Shown one piece after another: positions 40,326 to 53,150 of a DNA stretch of 64,000 bases. Position numbers and translations under genes: made by a program. The notes beneath the pieces are model-generated. The model saw only the letters and a program-made list of their open reading frames with translations. It was not told the DNA's origin and did not search any database. Position 1 is the first letter of the stretch. Every line of letters starts with the position of its first letter. This stretch comes from Camelus ferus (Eukaryota): NCBI RefSeq assembly GCF_009834535.1, contig NC_045696.1, positions 97,900,001 through 97,964,000 of the forward strand, in the 5' to 3' direction.

Positions 40326-42624
40326 CTTTAGATGACAGGGAAATACAGCAGACACAGGAACATGTTAAATGACACTGCAGGGAGTCAGGCAGCAAAATTC
40401 AGACTGTGGCAAATTCCACATTAATAGTCCAGTTTCTTGCTAACTAAATTGCAAAGAAAAGAGAAAGAGAGAGGAAGGCAGATCCTACCTATTAAAAGAG
40501 ACATAAAAGACACAGGAACCAATTGCAATGTATAAACCTTACTTGGAATCTGATTCAAACAAAACAGATTAGAGAAAAAAACTTGCAGATAATTGGAGAA
40601 ATCTGAACTGACTGGATATTTGATGATATCAAGACATTTAAAAAAATGTGACATGGTATTCTGGGTTTAAATAAAATAATTATTTTCTTTTAGAAACACA
40701 TGTTGAAACATTAATGGGTAAAATGGCAATAATAACTCTGGGATTTGCATCAAAATAATCTGGCATGGGGCAGGGGTGGTCATGAGGCAACACTGCTGAT
40801 GCTGTGTGGTAGGAACATGGGGGACACTGTACTATATTTTCTACGTCTGTGTGTTTGAAATTTTTCGTAAGCAAAGTTTTTTTAATAACATACAGCTCTG
40901 ACTGATACTCTTCAAGGACACCCACAGAAGAAGGTCCCATTCTGCACTTTCCACAATTGGCCCAAAGCAACTGGTCCAGTTTTTACTGCCTCTTCTTTCC
41001 ACACACATCTTTGCACTTGTCAGACAGAAGTGCTCGCTCATCGCCAAACACACGTGATGACTTTACACGTTCCAAGTGCTGGACCAAAATCTCCATCTTC
41101 TAAAAGTTTTACTCATCCATCAGGGCTCAGCTCACATTGCACTACCTATGCCCTCATTTGTCCCTAATATCCTTAAAACATCCATCAGGCGCCTACTAAG
41201 TGTCACTCCTCCAGGTTCTGGGGATACAACAGAGCATGAGACAAAGTAACAGCATTCATTCTAGTGAAGGGGATTAGGACAGAGACTAAACAAACTGCAG
41301 TATGTGGAGAGGGAATAGTTTAAACTGAGAAGTCCTCAGTGGTGAGGTGGTATTTGAGCCATGAGTTGAATGACTGAAGGCACCAGTTGTGCAAGATCGG
41401 AGGGAGGTACGTTCTTGGCATGAGAAGAGTTAATAACAGGTCTTAGACAAGTGCACTTGGCATATCTGAGGAACAAAGAAAAGCCACATGGATGGAGAAT
41501 CGTAAGCAAGGCAAGTGGGACAAAATAAGCCCAGAGTCAGGGTCATGCTGGCCATGGAAAAGATTTGGGATTCTGGGTGCTGTGGGAAGCCACTGGATAA
41601 AGCATTAACCCTCTAATGTGGTTGTGGGCCCTGTCTGGTCTCCAGCCTCGTTACAACTCCTCTCCCTTGCTTCTCTCGGTTCCTCAAACAAGCTGCCTCC
41701 TCGGCATCTTTGCTGCTTCCTCTGCACCAGCCGTATCCCCAGATCAGCCCCCATTCACTCTGCAGATCCTCTTTCTCAGGAAGCCTGCCCCGACCTCTTA
41801 GCGAGGTCAGGATCCTTCCTTTCAGGCTCTCAAGGCCAGGGTCTTTTCTCACAGACCACCCCTGTCAGTGTGTAAATATACACTCCTTTTTGGGATTATT
41901 CCATTCACGTCTGCCTCCCCCTGAGAGACAGTAAGCGCCATGTGTGCAAGGACTTGGCCTACTTTTGCTCATCATTGGTTCCCTAGTGGTCAGCACAATA
42001 CCCAACAGAGCAGGTACGTGATACATGTTGACTAAAAGAAAGAAAAAAATAAATGAAGGTTATACACACATTTAATCAGAGTAATATTTATATCTCTCCC
42101 TAGGTATCACCTTAAGATGTTAAGAACAAAACTCAATAGTGATTCTTAATCTTGGTGGCCGATCATATTGACCAATTAAGTCAGAACCTCCAGCATGAAG
42201 AGACGGGGCATCGGTATTTTTAAAGCATCCAAGTAAGGCCAATGTGCAGCAAGGTTGAAAACCACTGCTCTAAATGGATTTCCATTCAGTACACATTTTC
42301 CCACGTTGCTCACAAGATCATCGTAAGAAGCTCTGCCAAAAGCCCAGCTGGAACCCAACCGAACCTCAGCTATAATACAGCTCCAATTCCCCTTTTGGGG
42401 CCCAGTGACTATTGCAAAAAGGGAAATGGGTTTTGTCAGTCAGGTCCTCGGCATGGCTTCTCCGAGCAGTCACGACTTCCCTTTCTAGTGCTCAGTTATT
42501 CGCTAAGAACCTACCCAAGACCACAGGGAGACTCAGGAGAAGAACCTAACCTACTACTCACATCGGTCTGCCCTCCCAGGCCGGAGCCTTTCACCCCACT
42601 GCACTGCAGCACTGTCACACTGAC

Positions 42625-42710
42625 CTGTTTGGTAAATGGGCAGCAGCTGAAGTGAATGCAACTTGATGTCATCGGACAAGACATAGGACGAAATATCAGG
42701 AGCAAAACGT
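42625..42710 (-). CDS. HPS3: HPS3 exon 4
   Basis: tcacag|A...ACAG|gtcagt, 86 nt. Encodes [28 protein letters not shown]. Confidence 0.94.
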
Positions 42711-42815
42711 CTGTGAGTTTAAAAAGAGAGGGAGGGAGAAATCTAATTTTCATGTACTTATAAGCACATTAATTAATACATATTAAATCCTAGTGAATAA
42801 AAAGCTTTCTAATAC

Positions 42816-42987
42816 CTATAAAGCAGGTGCTGAACGTGGAAATATTTTATTTTTTCATCAGCTAATCCTGTCAATTCCAATGTAACAGATACTCCAGACT
42901 GTTCACTTTTTTCACCAAGAAGTTCCATGGGCTTCTGGCAGATAACAAAATCATCCGGCTCAAGCTGCAAAGTTTCATCACTGATGC
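42816..42987 (-). CDS. HPS3: HPS3 exon 3
   Basis: tttaag|GC...TATAG|gtatta, 172 nt. Encodes [26 protein letters not shown]...QHLLYR. Confidence 0.94.
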
Positions 42988-43098
42988 CTTAAAAAATAAA
43001 ATTGAAGGAAATTATTTAATTAACTCTAAGTACTACTTGAGCACAAATTAGATTTCACATCCTCCCACCAATTAAATAGACATATAGAAATTTTATTT

Positions 43099-43155
43099 AT
43101 TTATACACACATACATCTCACATATTTATACACACATACATCTCACATATTTATA
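43099..43155. repeat. Perfect 25-bp tandem duplication TTATACACACATACATCTCACATAT
   Basis: Two full copies plus a partial copy. Confidence 0.9.
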
Positions 43156-43551
43156 AGGCACTATGGTTCTGAAAAGCCTTAGCAGTTACTCATTTATTCC
43201 TCACAATCGATAAAGTACAACAGGGTATTATCATCATCCCCGTTTTACACGAGGAAATAAACTCAGAGTTGGTATTCCTAACCTAAGGTCATTCAGCTAG
43301 TAAAGATGAGGACTGGGACTAGAAATTCCTCATCTAGCAGCAGCTGGTTCACTATTTCTAATGATAAGTAGATGCTGAAATACATTTACGTGCTACAGAA
43401 TAAGATCTGGGCAACAAGATCATAAATCCAAATCCCATGTATTAGGAATAACTAAATCTATAAATAATGTGGCTGGGCAATACACAAACTAGAGCCTTTC
43501 AGAGTAGAGTTTTCACCTAAAACAAGGAAGTAAGCTAAATTCATTATTTAC

Positions 43552-44043
43552 CTTCTGCCTGTTTCATTGGATTGTTGGTCTTCCGTGGGTGGTGGGTAAC
43601 ACTCTCTCCATTTTTGGGGTCTGATTCCAGTTTTAGGATTAAGACTTCTAAGTCTGACATGACAGCAACATATCCAACACAAAAAGAAATTTCAACAGGA
43701 GTGATACTGTCAGTGTGTATAATTAAGGAACGTTCGAAGTCCAATACTGAGAATTCTTCATTAATCACCTGATACTTCAAACTAAATAAGACTAACTTAT
43801 TTGTGCAGCCAACAAGAAGGTCTCCTTTCACAGGGCAACAGGAAATGCACAAGGGGGTCTCAGAAAGCGGCATCTCCAAAATAGACATCTGGTCCCTGAA
43901 GGTTTCACTGAAGGGTGCCTCCACGTTATGTCCAACCATTCGGATACACACTCGGGAGTTTTCAGTCCTTTTACTTCTCCAGTTCACATAAGCACGTAGA
44001 AACGTAGCTTTGTTTTTCTCTTCAATTGCTACCAAATAGTCTC
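43552..44043 (-). CDS. HPS3: HPS3 exon 2
   Basis: tctcag|GA...GAAG|gtaaat, 492 nt. Encodes [22 protein letters not shown]...MKQAE. Confidence 0.96.
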
Positions 44044-46157
44044 CTGAGAAGGAAATAAGATTATACTTAGAATCTGTAATTAGAAACAACCACTTACCCT
44101 GCACCATGAAAAGGAACTATTAATGAATCTTAATGTGAATGGTTAAACTAAAGATCGACTAGAACAAAACTCTAAGTAACAAGATCTTGTGTGTATTTTT
44201 AACTGACATTAGGCATTTAGGATCTGAAATACAATCTCTCCTCATTTTAATGTCTTAAGCTAACCCATTAACGATTCACGCAGCTTACAGAGAAATTTTA
44301 TATTTTATTCCTTATAGTAACTCTAAGTGTTACTATAGCTCTGAATGTACAGCTCCAACAAAGCTCTCCTGACATACAGACTTTAGTATTGGCATGATGT
44401 TAAAATTAAGTATAAATTAAGAAGCTCTGAAGAGGTTAGCAGAACTTACACTACAACACCTCTGCTTCCCACAAAAGTCATATCTTCACGTCAATTCTGA
44501 GAAATAGGATAAAGCTGTACATATTAAATAAAATTTAAATCCAAGCTAATTTTCCCTTAGTTGTTGATTTCATTAATTTTTTAAAAATTACTAAGTAATT
44601 CTGTAATTACTTTCTGTTGTGAGAAGTCAAAGTGATAGAGATACAAAATGAAAAGCATGAGGAGTCCGACCCATAAGGAGACAGTGTTAACACATACAGC
44701 CCGCTCTGTGTCCTTCTAAACCTTTCTTTCAGATAAACATAGATCAAAGAGTGGCAGCTTGTCATTTTGTTTTTGTTTTTACCAAAATGGAAGCATACTA
44801 AATATATTTAACAATCTGCAGCTTTTAAAAATTACCAGTGTACTACCAAAAGATTACCAATATAGCTTTCCCTTCAGGTTAGATACATGGATATCTAACA
44901 TCCTTTTCAATATCCACAAAATAATCCTGTATGTATATGTATGTCATAATTGAGTCAACAATTCCCCTGTTGATATACTACATTCAAGCATTTCCAGTTT
45001 TTTGGCCACTATACTTCATGCAGTAATAAACAGGCCTATACCTATATATTTATTTACTGGAGGTTAGTTTCAATGACATAGATTCCCCAAAGTGAGAGTA
45101 CCGGGCCAAACGGCAGGCATATTCTGAATTGTAATAGATATTTCCAGATTACTATCACAGGTCGTCACCAGCACTGCTTGAATGGGACTGCTTCCCCACA
45201 TCCTCAGTAGCACTGACTCGATGTGATGGAAGAAACAGGCACTCTCATGGTTATTATAATTTATGTTCTTCAGACCACTTATAAAGCTGGCCATCTTATC
45301 CTGTGTTTATTCAGCCACGTATAATTTCTGTTCTGCAAGTTATCCACTCTATTACACTGATTTGTTTTTCTTATAAAGAAATAGCAGCTCTCTGGGTAAG
45401 AGCGATATTAATCCTCTGTTGGCCATGAATAGCAAATCATTTTTGGTAGTCTAACGTTTGACTTTTGACTTGGCTATTGTCTGACTTTACATGATGTCTC
45501 TTACCATACAATTTTCATGTAGCCATATATGTATCTTTTCCTTCTTGGCTTCTGAGTTTCCTAACATGCTTAAAACTGTCTCTTCTGTCCTCCAAATGAC
45601 ATAAACACACCCTTACACATTCTATTTTAGTGTTTTTTAATTAAAATTCTTACTCTCCAGAATTTTGTGGGTGAGGGAGGTATAAGTCGAGGTTCTTCCA
45701 AACAGAGAGCCTACTATATGCTTAAACATTATTAGGTAAACAAGCCCTTTTCCAGTGAACTGAAATTGAAGTGCTGCTGTTAGCACGCTAACTTCCCTTT
45801 TACAGAGGCAGCATGCAAGCGGGGGCAGCCCCTTTCTGCCAGCCTCCTGAGTGTCTCCTTCCTCCTCCTCCAGAAGGAGCCAGCCCTCAGGAGAGGCAAA
45901 ACTTCTCCTGTTGCTGGTTCCTTTGATGCCACAGAGGCAGAGCCTGCATCTGTCCTGTCCACAGAGATCCTGGTGGAATGCCAAGGTATATCCTGCAGGT
46001 TCCATACACTTGTTCACTCTAATGTTCATAGCATTTTTCACTAGTCAAGAGGTGGAAGCAGAAACTTCCAGAGAAGCAGTTTCATGGGGTTGGGGGCAAA
46101 AGATGCTATGTGGCCTCCATCTTCCTTGAATTCCCTCAGTAAATACATTTAGAAAAA

Positions 46158-47345
46158 GTTTTTTGGTTGTGGTAAAATACATATAATATAAAATTTACCA
46201 TTTTTACCATTTTTAAGTGTACAATTCAATGGCATGAAGTACATTCACACTGTTGTGCAACCATCCCCACCCTCTCTACATGGCTTTCATTATTTACATA
46301 ATACAACATAGCATCAATGCTGCATGATTATGTACAATACATAAATATGAACTATCTGTACACATCTGCAGATCCAACTCAGAACTAAGGTACACAAAAT
46401 TGAAAGCAAAACTGAATGCTTTAAGAATGAAAGTAGAAACTAGGACTGAACACTGCCATAAATTATAGTAGTGTCTCATGAAAATAGACTTTGGCAACTA
46501 CCTTTCTATCTCTATGAATTTGACTATTCAGGTACCCTCATATAAAATGAATCATTCAATATTTGCCCTTTTGTGTCACGTTTATTTCACTTAGCATAAT
46601 GTCTTCAAGGTTCATTTTGTCGTAGCATGTGTCAGAATTGCATTCCTTTTTAAGGCTGAATATTATTCTATTGTATGTATAAAACACATTTTGTTTATCT
46701 GTTCATCTGTTGATGAACACTTGGGTTGCTTCCACCTCTTGACTCTAGTGAAAAATGCTAAGAACATTAGTGTATAAACATCTACACAAGTCCCTGCTTT
46801 CAGTTATTGTGTATATGCCCAGAATTGAAATTGCTGGATCATATGGCAATTCTATGTTTAATTTTTTGAGGCACCTCCATATTGTTTTCTATAGCAGCTC
46901 TATTATTTTACACTCCCACCAGCAAATGTACAAGGGTTCCAATTTCTCTACATCCTCACCAACACTTGTTATTTTCTATTTGTTTTGATAATAGCCATCT
47001 TAACAGGTCATGAAGTTGTACCTCATTGTGGTTTTGACTTGCACTTCCATGATGATTAGTGATGTTGATCATCTTTTCATGTGCTTGTTGGCCATTTAGA
47101 GAAATGTCTATTCAAGTCCTTTGCCCATTTTTGAATTGGGTTTTTTTGTTGAGTTAAAGGAGCTCTTTATATATTCTAGATTTTAAACCCTTACCAGGTA
47201 TGTGCTTTGCAAATATTTTCTCCCATTCTATGGGTTGCCTTTTCAATCTGTTGATAGTGTCCTTTGATGAAGAAAAGTTTTTAATTTTGATGATATCCAC
47301 TTTTTCTAATTTTTTTCTTTTGATGTCAGTACTTCAGTATCATAT
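46158..47345 (-). mobile_element. Older L1M 3' region, interrupted near 46275-46490
   Basis: Typical antisense L1 3'UTR/ORF2-end motifs (GGCTGAATATTATTC, GAAATTGCTGGATCATATGG, GAAATGTCTATTCAAGTCCTTTGCCCATTTT). Confidence 0.8.
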
Positions 47346-47382
47346 TCAATTTACTAAGTGAATTTTGAAACTAAGAATATTT

Positions 47383-47472
47383 GGGGTAGGGAATAGCCCA
47401 GTGGTAAAGTGTGTGCTTAGCACATACAAGGTCCTGGGTTCAATCCCCAGTGCCTCCATTAAAAAATTTAAA
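47383..47472 (+). mobile_element. tRNA-derived SINE (camelid type)
   Basis: A and B boxes, A tail, perfect 15-bp TSD AAACTAAGAATATTT at 47368-47382 and 47473-47487. Confidence 0.88.
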
Positions 47473-49867
47473 AAACTAAGAATATTTCTTTAGTTATAAT
47501 AAAAGCTTTTTATTCATGCATCTATAAATACATGCCTATTTCACTGGTAAACTCTATACATCAACTGTTTATATATAATTTGCAAACTGTAGATAGGAAC
47601 TATGCTGTCCTATATGTTTTCAAATTAATAACTTTACAAAGGATGAACTAGAACTTGCTAAGTATGTCCACCTAACAAGCCAAATGACCAAGAAGAGCTT
47701 TAGATTAGCATTTTTTTCAGTTAATCCTCACAACAGCCCTTCAGGACATTATTCCCTTCTCCATTTTACAGATCACAAATCTGAGGCTCAGATAAGCTAA
47801 GTAATTTGCATAAGGCAACACAGCCAATAAATGATGGAGCTGGGACTTAAACCTGGATGTGGTTAGCTCAAAGGTCAATGCTCACTCCCCAATAATGCTG
47901 TCTCTCAAAATGTTAGAAAGGAAAACAAAAAATGTTAGAAAGGAGGTATAAGTCTAGAGGATTCTGTGGAGCTTATAACCCTTTATAAAAGAAAGGAATC
48001 AACCTTTTTAAAACATTATGTGCCCAGGGCTTTATTTTACTTATTTTATAACAGCTTCTGTCTTCATTAAGTAAACCTGAAAATTATTATTATATTAATT
48101 AAAATTAATATTATATATTATAAAATTATTCTTATATTTACCCTTAAGCTGTGAGTCATTGATTTAAAAAAAAAATAAGTAAACTTTTCCTTTTATATAG
48201 AAAGATCATAAACCTGGTTAACACTAATAGCAGACTTCGGAAAAGGCTGCACTCCTATGACAAAATTGATATTAGAAGGCAGAAATAGCATATGATGCAG
48301 CAAACTGCTTTGTAACTTTAGAAAAGTTTAGGGAGGGTAGGGCTTGGAGGGAGAAAACAGAAAGATGGGCTTTTTAATACACTTGTTCTAAACGACTGGT
48401 GATGGGGGCCACGTGGTCTCGTCCTCCCTGCCCCACCACCTGCAGACACCCCTTTATAAACAAGTGTCCAACACCAGAGTTCCCCACAAAGCACTCAGCC
48501 CTGGCCACCAGGTCTCTCTCCCTCCAGAGCAAGGAGTTCCCATGTCTCCCCTTCCTCCCTTCACACACAAAACCTAAATTAAGTTTCCATTATTGATGAG
48601 GATGTTAGAAACCCCAATCCTTCAAAATTTCTACCACTTTCTCCCTAACTCCCCCAAATTTTATAAAAGGAGACTGATACCCTGCTAATTAAAGATTTAA
48701 AAGAAAAAAAACTGAAAATGTTTTCTGCTTCGGTAAGAGAACTGCAAAGCATTTACAGTAAATATAAATTGCTGATATAAAATTTTTCTTTTTTTTTAAT
48801 GAGGTGCAAAAGGTAGGGGAGACACTGGGCTCACAGCAGGAATCTCCATGTCCATGTGACTGTGAGAGGGTGGAAAGAGACCCAAAGGAAAAAAACTGAG
48901 AAGTGGAAGATGTGTTATCTGGGTATCAGCATAGTTAAGAGTTGCTACCAGTGGCTTGATAGAAGCTGTCTCCAGGACTGAAAGTTACCCTTGAGCTATA
49001 TGACTAATGCCATACCCACATGACTCCTGAACTCTAAGACAGCCAACTGAATTACAAAACCATCTTTGTTTTTCAAGGCTTCAGTACCACGCTACTGGGC
49101 TGCGTACAGCAGCCAGTATGGCTCTAGGTCAGTGATTCTCAATCTCGACCAAACAGGAGACAATGCTGGGCCACACCCCGGGGAAAACTGACACTCTCTG
49201 AGGCTGTCAGGCCCAGGAATCAGTACTTTTAAAAGCTCCCCAGGCGATTCTTATACACAAGTAGTGGCATTCAAGGATTCCCCGGAATCACCACTACCAA
49301 CAGGCAAGAAAGCTAGAGGTTTACATAAAGCCTGCCACTTCTAATTCTAGATTAAATGTCTGTTAGGAAGAATGCGGCAAATCATGTAAACATACTAATG
49401 TTGCAACTGGTGAGTTTACCACTCAATACAGCTCTTGAAGAACAGGACTCTTAGGTCTAAAAAGTCAGTGGGGAGAACTACCAATATTGTGAAATGATTA
49501 GGAGAATGATACCATAATAAATACCAAAATCAGAATCTCATGCTGAAGGAGAACTTACAGATCTAGTAAGTGGCTTTCACACAGGTCTGTGGACCTGCTG
49601 GCCCCTGTTGATGTCTTCACTAGTCAAAAAGATAAAATAATAACAGCACAGTAAGTTGTTCATAAAGCAACAACATCCAATGTTTGGGGCTGTTTTTCTT
49701 TTTATAAATAATGGTGTCAGTGAATAGTATGGCTTTTCATTTTTTTTAATATATAGTTTTACTTGGTAAAATGAACAGATACTGTGTATGACAGCCCTAT
49801 TTTTTTGTGCTGATCCACAGAATTCCAATGTCTGGAAATCACTGATCTAGTATTCAGTTTACTTTAA

Positions 49868-49893
49868 AACAACAACAACAACAACAACAACAA
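49868..49893 (+). repeat. (AAC)n trinucleotide microsatellite
   Basis: Read directly from the sequence. Confidence 0.9.
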
Positions 49894-50649
49894 ACTGAAA
49901 CTGAGACCCAAACATTTCCATAAACTCACACCCGACCAGTTGCAAACAGAGTAAAGATTAGACAGAGATCTCAAATCCCCCAGGTTCACGCTCTCCACTT
50001 TTATTAGTAAGTACTCAGCTACAGGCTTTTCCACCTTAAATGCTGCAATTTACACCTTTACACCCCTCTTGAAAAGCTGGACTCAAATTTCACGTGTATT
50101 ATTAGTTAAGAGACTCCTATGGTGAATCCTTCTGTAACCTGAAGACGTACCTATTTTTAAATGTTGGGTTTTTCTAAAATAAGGATACACCCACACAGTA
50201 TCCCTAGGTACTGTTTCACATTTCTGGTGAAAAAAAAAAAGACTAGTGGATGCTGTTACTCTGTTTAGGGGGGAAGGGGTCTAAGACCCGAGTTCTACTT
50301 CATAGAGATTTAAAAATCAGCATATAATGTGGGTCAAAAATCTGTAGGAAATGGATAAAAGTATAGATTTAAAGGGACTATGAGTTGTCGTAATTGTTGA
50401 AGATGGGAACCTGGGAGATTCAGGAGACTATTCTCTACTTTTGTGTGTGTCGTTTTCTATACTAAAAAAACGTTTATTTGGTCTGGTTAAGTGTCTGGGT
50501 TGAGTGGAATCCAGCCCCCCCCCCAATCAAGGGCCTTTCCGGCAAGTGCTCCAGAAGAGGGGGAACAATCAGCGTCCCCCGCCCACCAGAAGCAGGCTCC
50601 CACCTGTGGTTGCCACCACAACCGCACAGCTCAGCTCACCTTACCTTCC

Positions 50650-51310
<661 letters not shown>

Positions 51311-52667
51311 TGGGTGGCACAGGGACCGCTGTGTCCTTCCTTTAGTCTTTTCACATTACTGCTTTGGGTCAGGCGAGATGTTCCTTGAGCACATTTTAAC
51401 ACTTGATCATATGCTGTCTTGTACCATTTTGTACTTGTTTCAGGGGCATCACTTGTGTCTAGGAGATAGCCTGCGAGCTTCAGTAGGATAGGGCTGCAAA
51501 AACTGCAGCCGAGTGCACACAGCTCAGCTCCGGGCTAAACACACCAAAAAGCTCCTCAGAAATACTGGAACTTTCAGAATGTTTTGGTTGGAAAAGAGTG
51601 ACGCCTCGAACGTGCTTGGCAAAAAAAATTTGCTGAAGAATCGTATCGTCTAATGAACTCCAGATATTTGGGAAAAGGTTCGTATAAGCTCCAGAATACA
51701 GAGGCGTAAGGGTGAAACCACTGGCGCTCAGTCCAGTGCTGCTAAGACTGTCCTGTAATCTGTAAGTATTCCTGACATCTCAACGCGGAGCTCAGGGTTG
51801 CAATCCCATTTTCTAAAAAACAGATTTAGATGAAGCGGATATTGCAGCTACTCTTTTCAATTCATCCAGAAAGTAATCTACGGATTGAGGGATGCTGTCT
51901 TACTTTTGGCACGCAGGGACAGAACTGAAAAGAAAAAGCAAAATTTTCTTTAGGCAACCATAACCCTTTCTTCTAAGAATTGACAAATGAGATACAATTG
52001 GACTGAAGCTAATTAAACTCTATCCCCATTTCCTAAGCCCTCTAAATGAATAAAGTACCCCTAAGTAATAACCTTCTCTCCTTCACCCAACCTATAGGGA
52101 CTCACTGGGAGACAACAATTCATCAAACTCAATGAGGCTGAGAAGTGGACAAGGAGGTTGCTCTGGTCAGCCAGCTAGGGCTGCAAACTCACAGAAGGCT
52201 CCTGTAGAAAACAACCAGCCTAACACAGCCCCAAACTCATTCATTTAGATACGACACTCATGAATACACCCTTTCTCCACTAAAATATCTGCCTTATTGT
52301 CCTCTTCTGATTAATTTTCTCTTTCAAGACTTAAAATTACAATTTTAGCACTAAATTAAAATTTCAAGACTAAATTTACAATTATTGTAATCTTACCTAC
52401 ATTTAAAATGTCTAGTTTGGAGAAAGAAGTGAGATTTGCTCAAAGCTTGCAACACCAGTCCTAGAGATAGCCACTTCTCCCCCATACTTGCATGCACCTG
52501 GGCTCATCTAAGATTCTTCGAGACTAAACATAGTAGCCAAGGAAAGATGGGGGGTGTGCCTGGTTTCCCTGTTTGTCAGTAGCTGTAAATAGAAGCTGTC
52601 TATTTGTATTCCCTGTTACAAATGCAGAGGTAGCAGTGGACACACCATCATTTCCTTCTGGGAGGCT

Positions 52668-53150
52668 AGGTTAGTCGGCTAGGCAGTTATAACAAAATAC
52701 CACAGAATGGATGACTTAAACAGTAAGTGTTTAAAAATTTTTTTCCACAGTTCTGGAGGCTAGAAATCCAAAATCGAAGTGTCTGCAGTTCTGGTTTTTC
52801 CTAAGGCCTCGCTCCTTGGCTTGCAGATGGCCACTGTCTTAATCTATTTGAGCTGCTATAACAAAATACCACAGAGCAGATAGCATATAGACAACAGAAA
52901 TTATTTTTTCACAGTTCTGGAGGCTGCGAAGTCCAAGATCAAGGTGCCGGCTTAGGTGGGAGAGGATCCTCTTTGGGGTTGCAGACTGCTGACTTCTTAC
53001 TGTGTACTCACTGGCTGGAAGGGGCTAGGGAGCTCTGGGGGATCTCTTTTGTAAGAACACTAGTCTCATCCATGAAGGCTCCACCCTCATGACTTAATCA
53101 CCTTCTAAGACTCCACCTTTTAACACCATCACATTAGGTGTTAGGATTCC
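52668..53150. mobile_element. Two adjacent or nested MLT1-like LTR fragments (junction near 52835)
   Basis: The motif ATAACAAAATACCACAGA...CACAGTTCTGGAGGCT occurs twice; the second copy starts at TGTCTT 52835. Confidence 0.7.

Noticed and set aside
43099..43155. Direct repeats as a CRISPR-like or other functional array
   Set aside because: A simple tandem duplication without spacers in a mammalian intron.
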